A stretch of 64,000 nucleotides of DNA from an uncultured bacterium. Its GTDB lineage: Bacteria > Planctomycetota > UBA1135 > GCA-002686595. The stretch covers positions 1,248,001-1,312,000 of the forward strand of contig CALSNU010000001.1 of the NCBI GenBank assembly GCA_943787795.1. Direction: 5' to 3'. A model generated the notes under the pieces. The model had not been told where the DNA came from and did not search any database. It was given only the letters and a program-made list of their open reading frames with translations. The stretch's first letter is position 1; each line of letters starts with the position of its first letter. A program made the translations under genes and the position numbers. Below are positions 45,384 to 55,214 of the stretch, one piece after another.

Positions 45384-47318
45384 ATGTGTGGTTTCACAGG
45401 GTTCGGCCTCCTCTCCACCGGGGGTCACAGTGACTTCGCCGCGGAGCATCGTCCACGGCTGGAGCGGATGAATCAAACGCTGGTCCACCGTGGGCCTGAT
45501 GACGGCGGCTACTGCCTGAAGGCCCCCTTCGGCCTCGGCTTCCGGCGCCTGTCGATCATCGATGTCTCCGGCGGGCATCAGCCGATCGAGGCGCCGGGCG
45601 GAGGGCTCGCGGTGGTGGGCAACGGCGAGGTGTACAACTTCCAGGCGCTGCGCGAGCAGCTGCAGGGAAAGGGTGCGCAGTTTCAGTCCGGATCGGACAT
45701 CGAGACGATTCTCCACCTCTATCAGCAGCACGTCCGTCCCGGCGGCGGCGAGGCCGGCGACCTCCTCGAGGTCCCGCGGGCGCTGGTGGGCATGTTCGCG
45801 TTCGCGGTGGCTGACTGGCGAGACCCGGATTGTCCCAGGATCCTCCTCGGCAGGGACCGGCTCGGCATCAAGCCTCTGTATTGGTGCGAGACGGCCGAGG
45901 GACTGTTCTTCGGGAGTGAAGTGAAGGCCATCCTGGCCGCAGGAGTGACCGACCGCGAGATGCGCCGCGAGGCTCTTCTCGACTACCTGGTTCAGGGGTA
46001 TGTCGGCGGCCAGAACAGCGCCTGGGTCGGGGTTCAGCGACTGCCCGCGGGGTGCGTGCTCTCATGGAATCCTCGAGACGGGGTCCGGATCCAGAGGTAC
46101 TGGGACCTCCCCCTCGACGAGCTCCGCGGGGCGCCGCCTGAGGAGGAGGTCCGGGAGTGGCTGAGCCGTGTGGTCGAGGACCGGCTCGTGGCGGAGGTGC
46201 CCCTGGGCGCGTTCCTCTCAGGCGGCATTGACTCGACGGCTGTCGCTCACGCCATGAAGGAGGTGACGGGCCAGGCGCCTGTCCTCTGCACCGTGGGGTT
46301 CCAGGAGAAGTCCCATGACGAGCTGGGGCTGGCCACGGAGACCGCCTCGGCGCTCGGCGCGGTCCACCACACGGAGGTCCTCGAACCAGACCCCAAGGCG
46401 GCGATTGAGGAGCTCCCTTGGTTCTATGACGAGCCGCTCGCGGACCCATCGACCGTGCCCACCTGGTTGGTCTCGAAGGTGGCGCGGAGGCATGTCACCG
46501 TGGCTCTCTCGGGCGACGGCGGCGATGAGATCTTCGGTGGCTATCGCCGGTATGTCCACGACGTCGCGGAGAACCGGATCCGGCGAGCAGCCGGCCCCGC
46601 GGGTCGCCGGGCGATGGGGGCCCTCGGTCGGCTCTATCCCAAGCTGGACTGGGCGCCGCGCATGTTCCGGGCGAAGACCTTCCTGACCAACACGGCGGAC
46701 GACCCTGCGCGGGCTTACTGGCGCAGCGTCTCGCACATGGAGCGAGGCGCAGCGGCGGCCCTGCTCGCGCCCGACCTGCGGCGCGCCCTCGAGGATCACG
46801 ACCCGTTCGACGCGTTCGAGGCGCACTACGCGCGTCCGGAGATCGAGTGCCCCCTCTATCGAGCGCAGTACGCGGACTTCCATACCTGGCTGCCAGACCG
46901 GATCCTCGCCAAGGTCGACCGGGCCTCCATGGCGGTCTCCCTCGAGGTGCGGGTTCCCCTCCTCGATCACCGCTTCGTGGAGCGCTTCGCTCACTCACCG
47001 GTGTCCTCGAAGGTCCAGGGCGGACGTGGCAAGCACGTACTGCGAGAGTCGCTCCGTGGACAGATCGCCGACGGGGTCCTCGACGGTGCGAAGAGGGGCT
47101 TTGATACCCCCCTCGCGGGATGGATCCGGGGCCCGCTGGCTGAGGCGACCCGGGATGCGGTCGAGAGCCTCCCGGAGGACTGGTTCGACCGGGGGCGGCT
47201 GAGGTCCACGCTCGACGCGCACATGTCTGGTGGCGTGAATCACGATCGGCTCCTCTGGAGCTTGCTCGTGCTCGACGCCTGGAGGCAACGTCACAGCGTC
47301 TCCCGGATCGGAGCGTGA
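45384..47318 (+). CDS. asnB: Asparagine synthase (glutamine-hydrolysing)-family amidotransferase, EPS-associated
   Basis: MCGF, HRGPD, RRLSIID..GG.QP, NGEVYNF, RDRLGIKPLY, FLSGGIDS, LSGDGGDE.FGGY, KVDRASMAVSLEVRVPLLD, K.GF..P. Confidence 0.92.
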   Translation: MCGFTGFGLLSTGGHSDFAAEHRPRLERMNQTLVHRGPDDGGYCLKAPFGLGFRRLSIIDVSGGHQPIEAPGGGLAVVGNGEVYNFQALREQLQGKGAQFQSGSDIETILHLYQQHVRPGGGEAGDLLEVPRALVGMFAFAVADWRDPDCPRILLGRDRLGIKPLYWCETAEGLFFGSEVKAILAAGVTDREMRREALLDYLVQGYVGGQNSAWVGVQRLPAGCVLSWNPRDGVRIQRYWDLPLDELRGAPPEEEVREWLSRVVEDRLVAEVPLGAFLSGGIDSTAVAHAMKEVTGQAPVLCTVGFQEKSHDELGLATETASALGAVHHTEVLEPDPKAAIEELPWFYDEPLADPSTVPTWLVSKVARRHVTVALSGDGGDEIFGGYRRYVHDVAENRIRRAAGPAGRRAMGALGRLYPKLDWAPRMFRAKTFLTNTADDPARAYWRSVSHMERGAAAALLAPDLRRALEDHDPFDAFEAHYARPEIECPLYRAQYADFHTWLPDRILAKVDRASMAVSLEVRVPLLDHRFVERFAHSPVSSKVQGGRGKHVLRESLRGQIADGVLDGAKRGFDTPLAGWIRGPLAEATRDAVESLPEDWFDRGRLRSTLDAHMSGGVNHDRLLWSLLVLDAWRQRHSVSRIGA

Positions 47319-48490
47319 CACCCATGCGCATCGGTGTCCTCACGAGCCTCTATCCGTGCCCAGAGCGCCCCTTCGAGGGGATCTTCGCCGAGCGCAAGTG
47401 GCTCGGGCTTCGGTCGCGGGGCCACGACGTGACGGTCGTGCACCCTGTCCCCTGGGGCCCGCGCTGGGCAGCGCCCGTTCTCGGGGAGGCTCGCGCCTAC
47501 CTCGCGCGGATTCCGCGGAGTGAGGATCGCGGAGGGATCCGGGTCAAGAGGCCGCGCTTTGCTCACCTGCCCGGGCGCAGCGGAGGCAACGCCGGCCGGT
47601 TCGCCGCGGCGGGCCTGCGGGCGCTCCTTGGGCCCGGCGCCGAGCGACCTGACGCGGTGGTGTGCGACTACGCCTGGCCTGCCGCAGTCGCGGCGGCGGC
47701 TCTTCAGCGGCGCGGCATTCCCGTGCTGATCAATGGACGGGGGAGCGACGTCCTCCAGGTTCGCGAGGTGCCCTCGCTCGAGCCGCAGCTCACGAGCGGG
47801 CTTCGATGGGCGGACGGGTACACGGCGGTGAGCCAGGACCTCCTCGACGCCATGGTGGCGATGGGAGGGAGCAAGGCGGTGCAGGCCCTCACGCCCAACG
47901 GGGTCAACGACCAGCAGTTCGCTCCCGGCAATCGCCAAGAGGCGCGAGCGCGCCTCGGGCAGCCCGAGGCGGGGGACCTGGTGCTCTGTGTCGGGCACCT
48001 GATCGAGCGCAAGGACCCGCTGCTCGCCTTGCGGGCGTTCGCGGCGGGCGCCGGGGCTGGGGCTCGGCTGGTGTTTGTCGGCCGCGGCCCACTCTCGGAT
48101 GAAGTCTCGAGGGCCGCCGCAGCGCTCGGGCTGGAGTCCAGGGTGAGCCTCCTCGGTGAGCGCCCACCCGAGGAACTCGTGGACTGGTATCGCGCGGCCA
48201 ACCTCTTGCTGCTCACGAGCCGCCGGGAGGGGCGACCCAACGTGGTGCTCGAGGCCCTGAGCGCCGGTTGCCCGGTGCTGGCGACGAGCGCAGGTGGGAC
48301 GGGCGAGCTGATCTCCGATCCGCGCATGCTGGCCTCGACCCGGGACCCGGAGCAGCTCGGGAAGATGCTGCGGGAGCTCCTCGACACTCCCCCTGACGCG
48401 CTCTCACTGCGGAGCACGGTGGGGCACCTCTCATGGGCAGCCAGTATCGATTCGCTCGAGGGCGTGCTGGAGACCGTGGTTCGCGCGTGA
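47315..48490 (+). CDS. Glycosyltransferase family 4 (GT-B)
   Basis: RGSDV, PNGV, VGHLIERKD, GRGPL, S.REG.PNVVLEALSAG.PV.AT..GG..E. Start at GTG 47315 or ATG 47324. Confidence 0.9.
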   Translation: MTPMRIGVLTSLYPCPERPFEGIFAERKWLGLRSRGHDVTVVHPVPWGPRWAAPVLGEARAYLARIPRSEDRGGIRVKRPRFAHLPGRSGGNAGRFAAAGLRALLGPGAERPDAVVCDYAWPAAVAAAALQRRGIPVLINGRGSDVLQVREVPSLEPQLTSGLRWADGYTAVSQDLLDAMVAMGGSKAVQALTPNGVNDQQFAPGNRQEARARLGQPEAGDLVLCVGHLIERKDPLLALRAFAAGAGAGARLVFVGRGPLSDEVSRAAAALGLESRVSLLGERPPEELVDWYRAANLLLLTSRREGRPNVVLEALSAGCPVLATSAGGTGELISDPRMLASTRDPEQLGKMLRELLDTPPDALSLRSTVGHLSWAASIDSLEGVLETVVRA

Positions 48491-48559
48491 GACCGCGGAG
48501 TCCCCGATCGGACTTCCGATGGGGCTTGCTCTTGGCCCGGTCCGTACGATGATCCCACC

Positions 48560-49417
48560 ATGCCCGGCGCACCCCGACACGCTCTCTCCTTCGACGTAGA
48601 GGAGTTCTTCCAGGTCGCGAACCTGAAGGCTGCCTTTCCGAAGGAAAGCTGGGACAGCGTGCCCTCCCGCATCGACATCGCGATGGATCTGCTCCTCGAT
48701 CTCCTGGAGCGGCGGGGCGCACGGGCGACCATGTTCTTCCTCGGGTGGGTCGCTGTACGGCGGCCGGACCTGGTGCGCAGGTGCCATGAGGCCGGGCACG
48801 AGATTGCGAGCCACGGGTGGGAGCACGAGTTCCTTTGGGACCTCGAAGGCGAGGATGGCTTCCGCGATCACCTGCGCAAGACAGAGGAAGCCCTCGAGGC
48901 GGCGGGGGTGCCGCGCCCGGTGGGCTTTCGCGCGTCCACCTTCACGCTCACGCGGGAGACCTGGTGGGCCTTCGACGTGCTTGCTGAGCGGGGGTACCTC
49001 TATGACTCGAGCGTTCACCCCGTTCGACACCCGACGTATGGCGTCCCTGACTTCGAGCCCGGGATCTCTACCGTTGAGACCAAGCGCGGGTCTATCGTGG
49101 AGTTCCCGGTGACTACCTTCCCGTTCGCGGGGAAGAACCTGCCCATAGGAGGCGGTGGGTACTTCCGCCTTCTCCCTGGAGCGGTCCATCGGGCGGCGAT
49201 CGCGAAGGTGACCCGTATGGGGCGCCCCGTGGCGATCTACCTCCACCCCTGGGAATTCGATCCGGGGCAACCGCGAATCGCGGCTCCCCCGCTCAAGAAG
49301 TTTCGCCACTACGTGGGCCTCAGTCGAAGCCTCGACCGGCTGGATCGTCTCCTTCAGACGTGGAGCTTCGGCACCATGCGCGAGGTCCTCGAAGGCGCGG
49401 ATGCGCTCGGCTCATGA
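48560..49417 (+). CDS. Polysaccharide deacetylase with DUF3473-like C-terminus (exosortase-A-associated type)
   Basis: LSFDVEEFFQV, ATMFFLGWVA, GHEIASHG..H, GFRA.TF, YDSS..P..H..YG, GGGGYFRL.P, YLHPWEFDP.QPRI, FRHYVGL. Confidence 0.92.
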   Translation: MPGAPRHALSFDVEEFFQVANLKAAFPKESWDSVPSRIDIAMDLLLDLLERRGARATMFFLGWVAVRRPDLVRRCHEAGHEIASHGWEHEFLWDLEGEDGFRDHLRKTEEALEAAGVPRPVGFRASTFTLTRETWWAFDVLAERGYLYDSSVHPVRHPTYGVPDFEPGISTVETKRGSIVEFPVTTFPFAGKNLPIGGGGYFRLLPGAVHRAAIAKVTRMGRPVAIYLHPWEFDPGQPRIAAPPLKKFRHYVGLSRSLDRLDRLLQTWSFGTMREVLEGADALGS

Positions 49418-49471
49418 GGGCCCTTGGCTCTGGCGGCCAGCCCTTCGGTCTGCAGAGGTCCGGTGCTTCGC

Positions 49472-52400
49472 TCAGGGGGTTCCTGCTTCCTGCATGGCGC
49501 GCGTATGCAGGCCTCTCAGGGCGGTCATGACGGGCTCGCGGTAGGGCAGGCGCTCGGCATCGCTCGCCAGAGTCTCCTGGACCTTCGCGATCTCCAAGGC
49601 GTCTTCCGGGGTCCCCCGGCGCCTTAGCATCCTGAGGTAGAGCTCCCCCAGGACCACCGGGTCGACGTCGGTCGCGGCGCGCTTGCGGCCTTGCCAGAGG
49701 TTGGCCAGCCGTTTGACGATCTCGGAGAGGGGGGGCCTGTACATCCGAGCCTGCGCGAGTGAGCGGAGATAGAGCGAGCGCGCGCCGCCGCCCCCCTGGG
49801 CGCGATCTGCGATCGCAAGGACTCGGAAGACGTCCCTTACGCCGTCTCCGCGCTCGATCATGATCTCGGCCAGTGAGTAACCCATGGCCCCATTCGGGTC
49901 GATGGCCAAGAGCGCCTCGTAGATAGCCGCGGCGGCCTCGTCGTCCTCCATCTCCTCGGCGATCTTCGCCCGGAGGTTCCAGAGCTCCAGGTTGCCGGGC
50001 TCGTGGATGAGGTCGCGCTCGACGAGCTTCCGCGCAAGATCCACGCGGACGTCGATGAGGAGCTCAACCCAGCGTCGCGTGCTGCCCCGCCGCAGCGCCT
50101 CAAGGGGGCGCCTTGCCGACAGCTTATAGAGCTGATCCAGCGCTCCCTCGGCCCACTCTCCCCAGCTCCGCCGGGGCAGGCCTGAGAGCTCGAGTCGAGC
50201 CAGGGTCACCATGGGGTCAAGCGGATATCGTTCGCTGAGACGCGTCAGCATCTCCATGGCGCGCTCCCTTCCGATGGCGCCCCGTTGTTGGGCGCCGTTG
50301 GTCTGCGCTTGGACGGCGTAACGGATCGAGAAGAGGAGCGAGTCCACCACCACCGTCTGGAAGATCCCTGGGTCGCCCATCGCAGCGTCGAACAGGAAGT
50401 TGGCCGCGAAGGACGGCTGGTTCGCCCGGATCATCAGGATGCCGAGGATCAGTCGGGCCTCCGTCGTCGAGCTGCCGGCGTCCTTGAGGACGGTCTGGAG
50501 CGTCCGGATCGCCGAGGCGTTGTCATTCCTCCGAGCGAGGTCGCTGGCTTCGGCCAAGGCGACCACGACAGGGTCGTCGATGAGCTCTGCGCCCAGACTG
50601 ACGAGGCGCATGCGCCTCGCGCGAACCACCTCGGGGTGCATGGGCTCCGCGGGGTGCGCCGACTCAGCAAGCTGAACGGACCACTCATGTCCGGGACCGA
50701 ATTGACGATGCTTCTCCACCAATCGCTCCACGAGGTTAGCCCTCGCGGGTCTGTTTCCGCTGGCCTCCAGGGCCACGGCCTTGAGGTAGCTGGTCCAGAT
50801 GTCAGAGCCGGACTCGATGCGAATCTTCTCGAGGATCGGGAGGAGCCAACCGCTCCATTCCGGCAGGTCCGCGATGAGGAGGATCGCCAGGGTCTCTCGC
50901 GGGTCCCGGGAGGTCCGGCCCACGGTGCCCAGGAGGAGCTTCCTGGCATCGGCCACAGCGCTCTGCCCGAACCAGGCAGGCATCGATATCGGGTCCTTTA
51001 CGAGCGCGTCGCTGGCCGCAGCCACTAGTGCCCAAATGGGGTCTCGTTCGTTACGGTCCAGCCCCTCGCCCGCCATGCGCCTGCCGGCCTCCAGCCGTTC
51101 CGCGAGCAAGATCAATGAGACCCCCTTCTGGGGGGTGAGCTTGAATGAAGTGCGGCGCAGGCTCTCGATCTTCTCCGGGAGGTCCGTCCACTTGCGTCGG
51201 CTCACAGCGAGGAGAATGGAGGCAATCTCGGGCGTGCCATCCCGGAGGTAGGCCCTTGAACGCTCGATCGACTCCCGGGCGGCCTCGGGACCGCGCTTCC
51301 TGGAGGTGAGGATGTCGACCAGGATCCGTCGCCGATAGAACTCGGGGGTCCGCGTCGAGGCTTCCTGATCCAGCCGATCGATGATCTCGAGCGCCATCTC
51401 CGCCTGGCCCTTGCTCATGAGCAGGTCTGCGAGATCAAGATAGGTGCCTGGCGAGCCGTCGGCCCAGTCCAGGTCAAGGATAGGCGCGAGACCCCCGGGC
51501 CGATCGAGTTCGAGCAGGACGCGTGCCTTCAGGAGCGCGGCCTCCTCGCTCAGGAGGTGAGTCGGCCCAATGCTCGTGAGGTCTTTGAGTGCCTCCGCAA
51601 ACCTCTCCTCCTCCACGAGGGCCTTCGCCCGGAGCAGTAGAAGAGCGTCCGGAGCGCTGCGTGGGTCGAGCCGCTCAAGCGCCGAGCGCGCATTCTCTGA
51701 TTCGCCGTGCTCCAGGAACCAGCGAGCGACCGCGGCCTTGCCGAATCGCTCGGGGGCGGCCTGGATAGCCGCGATCAGGTCTTCTCCGTCGAGGCGATCT
51801 CCGGGGATGCGGTTCAGGATGACCTCGATGCTCTCGTCGATCCCTGCGAGCTCGATGCGCCTCACAATGTCTCGCTCGACGTTGTACCGGTTAGGGGTGA
51901 CGAGCTTGGCCGCGAGGGCAATATCCAGGGCAGGGATGAGGTCGGGGTGCTCCTTGAGGGCGCGATTGGCTGCCTGGAGCGCCGAATAGCTACGCTCATC
52001 CTCGAGGTGCTTGGTCGCGAGCAGTGCATACGCGGCGGGGCCGAGGTTGCGCACAGCTGGAATCGCCGTGTTGGTGCGATTGGCCTCGCTGACGAGGTCA
52101 CTGACGGACATCCCCTTGGACCTGATTTCCTCGCGACCCGCGTCCCACCACCGTTCGGCGAACTCGGCGTACCGCTGGGGCTCAAGATTGATCGCATCAC
52201 TCAAGGCGGTATCGATCTCGAACCAGGGGATGGGTACGCGCTTCGCGAGCGCCTCGGCCAGCTGCACCTTCTGATCTGCTGTCGGGCCTATCCTGGAGGT
52301 GAAGCCCCTGGTGAGCCCAAAGATCTCGGTCTCGACATCCCCGATGACCTGTCCGAGCTTTGCGAGCCAGAAGCCCGCCTCCGCGCGTGCACCGGGGAAC

Positions 52401-53590
52401 GGCTCGGGGGTGGAGGTGTCCGCGAGGAAGACCTTCAGGTCCTTGAGGCCGCGGCGCATCTGCACCTGAAGCGACGAGGGGTCCTCGACCTTCAGTCCAT
52501 TACAGATCGGCTGAATGTTGCTGTAGAACCGGGACCAGTGGATGCCCGTGTCTCCGCCGATGCTCCGGAGCGCCCGCGCGAGCGCCCCCAGAGGGCCAAA
52601 ATCTCCTGCCTTGTAGAGAAGCTCGGCGGCGAACGCGAGGTGGTTCACATCCTCGATATCGTCCCATTTTGTGCTCCGGGTGACGAAGCGCGCCTCCTCG
52701 AGGCGCCGCTCCAACTGCAGGAGTTGGATCAGCTCGAACTGGATCGGGCCGGAGTCGGAGAGCGACGGGACGACAATCGCAGCGCTGAGCAAGTCGATGG
52801 CCAGGGGGACCTGAGATGCGTCGGTCAGCGCGGTCGAGAGTGCGAGGACGCGGGCCGGGGTGGGGGCCAGCTCGATGGACTTGGCGTAGGCATTCCGAGC
52901 CGCAACGAAGTGCTCCCGCGCCTCTTCCACATGGAGCAGTGCGGCGTACAGGGCTTCCTTCTCGGAGGCCGAGAAGGCCGCGTTGAGTCGGAACTCCAGG
53001 GTCGGGAGGCCAGGGTCGTCTGACTCGCGGGACGCGAACTCCATCAGGAGCTCGGTGGCAATCTCCGCATCCTCTCGAACGAGGTCCAGCTTGATCGCGG
53101 CGACGGAGGGGCTGAGCACCTTGATGGCGGACCGGGTCTCAAGCTGCCCCAGCAGCTCCCAGGCTGCCGCTAGCTGCGGGCTCGCGGTGATGACTGCGCG
53201 GGCCCCGGCGAGTGCCTCTGCGTCCTCGCCGCTCACCGACAGGAGCCCTGCGATGCGGAGCTTCAGCTCCACGTCGCCGGGCTGCAGGGCCTCGGCCCGC
53301 TTGAGGTCGGCGAGGGCGTTGGTGGTGTCGCTGAGCTTGAGGAACACGTCCGCTCGGGCCGTCAGGACCTCCGCGATCAGCAGCTCATCGCCCCCGTCCT
53401 CGGCAGCGGCGAGCGCGAGGGCGAGCTGGCTCAGGGCGGTGCGTTGCTCGAATGCGAGGGTGTCCATCTCCGCCCGCACCTCTGCGATGATCTCTGCCGG
53501 GCCCATGGGGCGTCGTGTGATCACGTAGGTCGTCGCCGCGCCGGCGGCGGAAAGGGCGGCAATCAAGGCCGTTGCGCTGGTCCACTTCAT
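49472..53590 (-). CDS. Very large (~1370 aa) TPR/alpha-solenoid protein with N-terminal anchor
   Basis: N-terminal hydrophobic helix after MKW. TPR-like ALADLKRAEALQPGD, AWELLGQLE, EPGNLELW, YEALLAIDP. Start at ATG 53590, 16 nt after the regulator stop. Confidence 0.8.
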   Translation of the reverse strand: MKWTSATALIAALSAAGAATTYVITRRPMGPAEIIAEVRAEMDTLAFEQRTALSQLALALAAAEDGGDELLIAEVLTARADVFLKLSDTTNALADLKRAEALQPGDVELKLRIAGLLSVSGEDAEALAGARAVITASPQLAAAWELLGQLETRSAIKVLSPSVAAIKLDLVREDAEIATELLMEFASRESDDPGLPTLEFRLNAAFSASEKEALYAALLHVEEAREHFVAARNAYAKSIELAPTPARVLALSTALTDASQVPLAIDLLSAAIVVPSLSDSGPIQFELIQLLQLERRLEEARFVTRSTKWDDIEDVNHLAFAAELLYKAGDFGPLGALARALRSIGGDTGIHWSRFYSNIQPICNGLKVEDPSSLQVQMRRGLKDLKVFLADTSTPEPFPGARAEAGFWLAKLGQVIGDVETEIFGLTRGFTSRIGPTADQKVQLAEALAKRVPIPWFEIDTALSDAINLEPQRYAEFAERWWDAGREEIRSKGMSVSDLVSEANRTNTAIPAVRNLGPAAYALLATKHLEDERSYSALQAANRALKEHPDLIPALDIALAAKLVTPNRYNVERDIVRRIELAGIDESIEVILNRIPGDRLDGEDLIAAIQAAPERFGKAAVARWFLEHGESENARSALERLDPRSAPDALLLLRAKALVEEERFAEALKDLTSIGPTHLLSEEAALLKARVLLELDRPGGLAPILDLDWADGSPGTYLDLADLLMSKGQAEMALEIIDRLDQEASTRTPEFYRRRILVDILTSRKRGPEAARESIERSRAYLRDGTPEIASILLAVSRRKWTDLPEKIESLRRTSFKLTPQKGVSLILLAERLEAGRRMAGEGLDRNERDPIWALVAAASDALVKDPISMPAWFGQSAVADARKLLLGTVGRTSRDPRETLAILLIADLPEWSGWLLPILEKIRIESGSDIWTSYLKAVALEASGNRPARANLVERLVEKHRQFGPGHEWSVQLAESAHPAEPMHPEVVRARRMRLVSLGAELIDDPVVVALAEASDLARRNDNASAIRTLQTVLKDAGSSTTEARLILGILMIRANQPSFAANFLFDAAMGDPGIFQTVVVDSLLFSIRYAVQAQTNGAQQRGAIGRERAMEMLTRLSERYPLDPMVTLARLELSGLPRRSWGEWAEGALDQLYKLSARRPLEALRRGSTRRWVELLIDVRVDLARKLVERDLIHEPGNLELWNLRAKIAEEMEDDEAAAAIYEALLAIDPNGAMGYSLAEIMIERGDGVRDVFRVLAIADRAQGGGGARSLYLRSLAQARMYRPPLSEIVKRLANLWQGRKRAATDVDPVVLGELYLRMLRRRGTPEDALEIAKVQETLASDAERLPYREPVMTALRGLHTRAMQEAGTP

Positions 53591-53606
53591 AGTTTGCTCC
53601 GACAGA

Positions 53607-55163
53607 CTACGCCTGCAGCGAGTTGAAGTTGACGTCGAGGAGGCCGTACTTGCGCATCTTGTTGAAGAGCGTTGAGCGGTTGATCCCAAGCTCTGTCGCG
53701 GCCCGGTCTCGGCGCCCGCTGTTGCGGTTCAAAGAGCGTTCGATAAGGAGCTTCTCGGGACCCTCCAGGGCCTCTTTCAAGGGCATGGATCGCGTCAGGT
53801 CCGAGAGCCACTCCAGGCCAGCGGGCAAGGAATCTGCGTGCGGCGCGGCTGTTGAGCTGGCCGCCTCCTCCAGCAGATCGTTGTCGAGGCTCGAGGCGTC
53901 CAGCAAGCCCTTTGCGCCGCTGGGGTCTCCGTCCATGGAGAGAATGACGGCCCTCTCGAGGGCGTGCTCAAGTTGACGTACGTTGCCCGGGAAGCGGGCG
54001 GCTGCAAGGACCCGAAGGGCTGCAGGTGAGATCCCGCGGATGGGCTTTTGGTACTCCTTCGCAAATCGCTGGACGAACGCCTCGGCCAGGGCCGCGAGGT
54101 CGCCAGGCCGCTCCCGCAGCGGGGGAAGCCCCACCTCCACCACGCGCAGGCGCCAGAGGAGGTCCTCGCGGAACTCGCCGGCCTCTACCCGTGCGTCCAG
54201 GTCCGCGTTGGTCGCCGCGACGATGCGCACATCTGACGTCCGGGTCTCTGACTCGCCCACGCGCTCGAAGGCGCGATCTTGCACGGCCCGCAGGAGCTTC
54301 ACCTGGAGCTCGAGGGGGGCCGAGTCGATCTCATCCAGGAAGATCGTCCCGCCATCGGCGGACTCGAAGCGTCCCGCGCGGTCCTTGGCGGCTCCGGTGA
54401 AGGCCCCCTTGGCGTGGCCGAAGAGCTCCGACTCGAGGAGCCCTGCGGGCAGGGCGCCGCAGTTGACCTCCACGAACGGGCCTGAGCGCCTGCTGGAAGA
54501 CTGGTGGAGGGTCTTCGCCAGGAGCGATTTGCCCGTCCCCGTTTCGCCCAGGAGCAGCACCGTCGCCCGTGTGTCCGCCACCGACTCAAGGATCCGCAGG
54601 GCCTGCTTCAGCTTGACGTCGCGGGTCTTGATGTTGCCGAAGGAGAAGCGCTCATCCAGTCTCTCGCGCAGCGACTCGTTCTCTCGCGAGAGCGAGTGGC
54701 GCTCCAGCGCTCGCGCGGTGGCGATCACGAGGTCCCCGTCGGAGGGTTCGGTCGACGTGGCGGTGACACCGAGAGCCTCGGCGCGGGCGGTGTCACCGAT
54801 CAAGACGAGCGCTGGCCGGCCATCGAGCGCGAGGAGAGCCTCCACGTCCTCGTCGTCGGCGTCGTCTGCGCGGACCAGGATCACCTCGTAGCGGTCGGGG
54901 CCCGCGAGGAGGGCCCCGAGGCTCGCGTCACCCGAGTGATGCCGGCCGGGCGCCGAGCGCTCGGCGAGCATCGCGCAGACCCGTCGGCCCCGAGCGATGT
55001 CGCTGTCGATGACGAGCACCCGTCGGCCGCGGAGGATCGACTCTCCAGGGGCGCGCCGCGGGTAGGGCCGGGGGGCGAAGCTCAGGTCCGGACCGATGCC
55101 GGATCCCGAGGCGTCGCGTGCTGTTCCTTCGACATGACCATCCATGTCGAGAACTTTCGACAT
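53607..55163 (-). CDS. Sigma-54-dependent transcriptional activator (NtrC/Fis type) with degenerate receiver domain
   Basis: GETGTGKS, VNCGALP..LLESELFGH.KGAFTGA, IFLDEI, FREDL.WRL, PPLRER, FPGNVRQL, HTH AATELGINRSTL. Confidence 0.93.
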   Translation of the reverse strand: MSKVLDMDGHVEGTARDASGSGIGPDLSFAPRPYPRRAPGESILRGRRVLVIDSDIARGRRVCAMLAERSAPGRHHSGDASLGALLAGPDRYEVILVRADDADDEDVEALLALDGRPALVLIGDTARAEALGVTATSTEPSDGDLVIATARALERHSLSRENESLRERLDERFSFGNIKTRDVKLKQALRILESVADTRATVLLLGETGTGKSLLAKTLHQSSSRRSGPFVEVNCGALPAGLLESELFGHAKGAFTGAAKDRAGRFESADGGTIFLDEIDSAPLELQVKLLRAVQDRAFERVGESETRTSDVRIVAATNADLDARVEAGEFREDLLWRLRVVEVGLPPLRERPGDLAALAEAFVQRFAKEYQKPIRGISPAALRVLAAARFPGNVRQLEHALERAVILSMDGDPSGAKGLLDASSLDNDLLEEAASSTAAPHADSLPAGLEWLSDLTRSMPLKEALEGPEKLLIERSLNRNSGRRDRAATELGINRSTLFNKMRKYGLLDVNFNSLQA

Positions 55164-55214
55164 CGGCGTCCTGTGCCTTGAACGCAGTCGCCATCGGCGG
55201 GGCCGCAGCGCTGG

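Noticed and set aside
42266..53590. Impression of more A/T-ending codons in the wzc-like, ligase and TPR genes (possible horizontal transfer)
   Set aside because: Not quantified, and no integrase, tRNA or flanking repeats; a GC3 or tetranucleotide scan would be needed.
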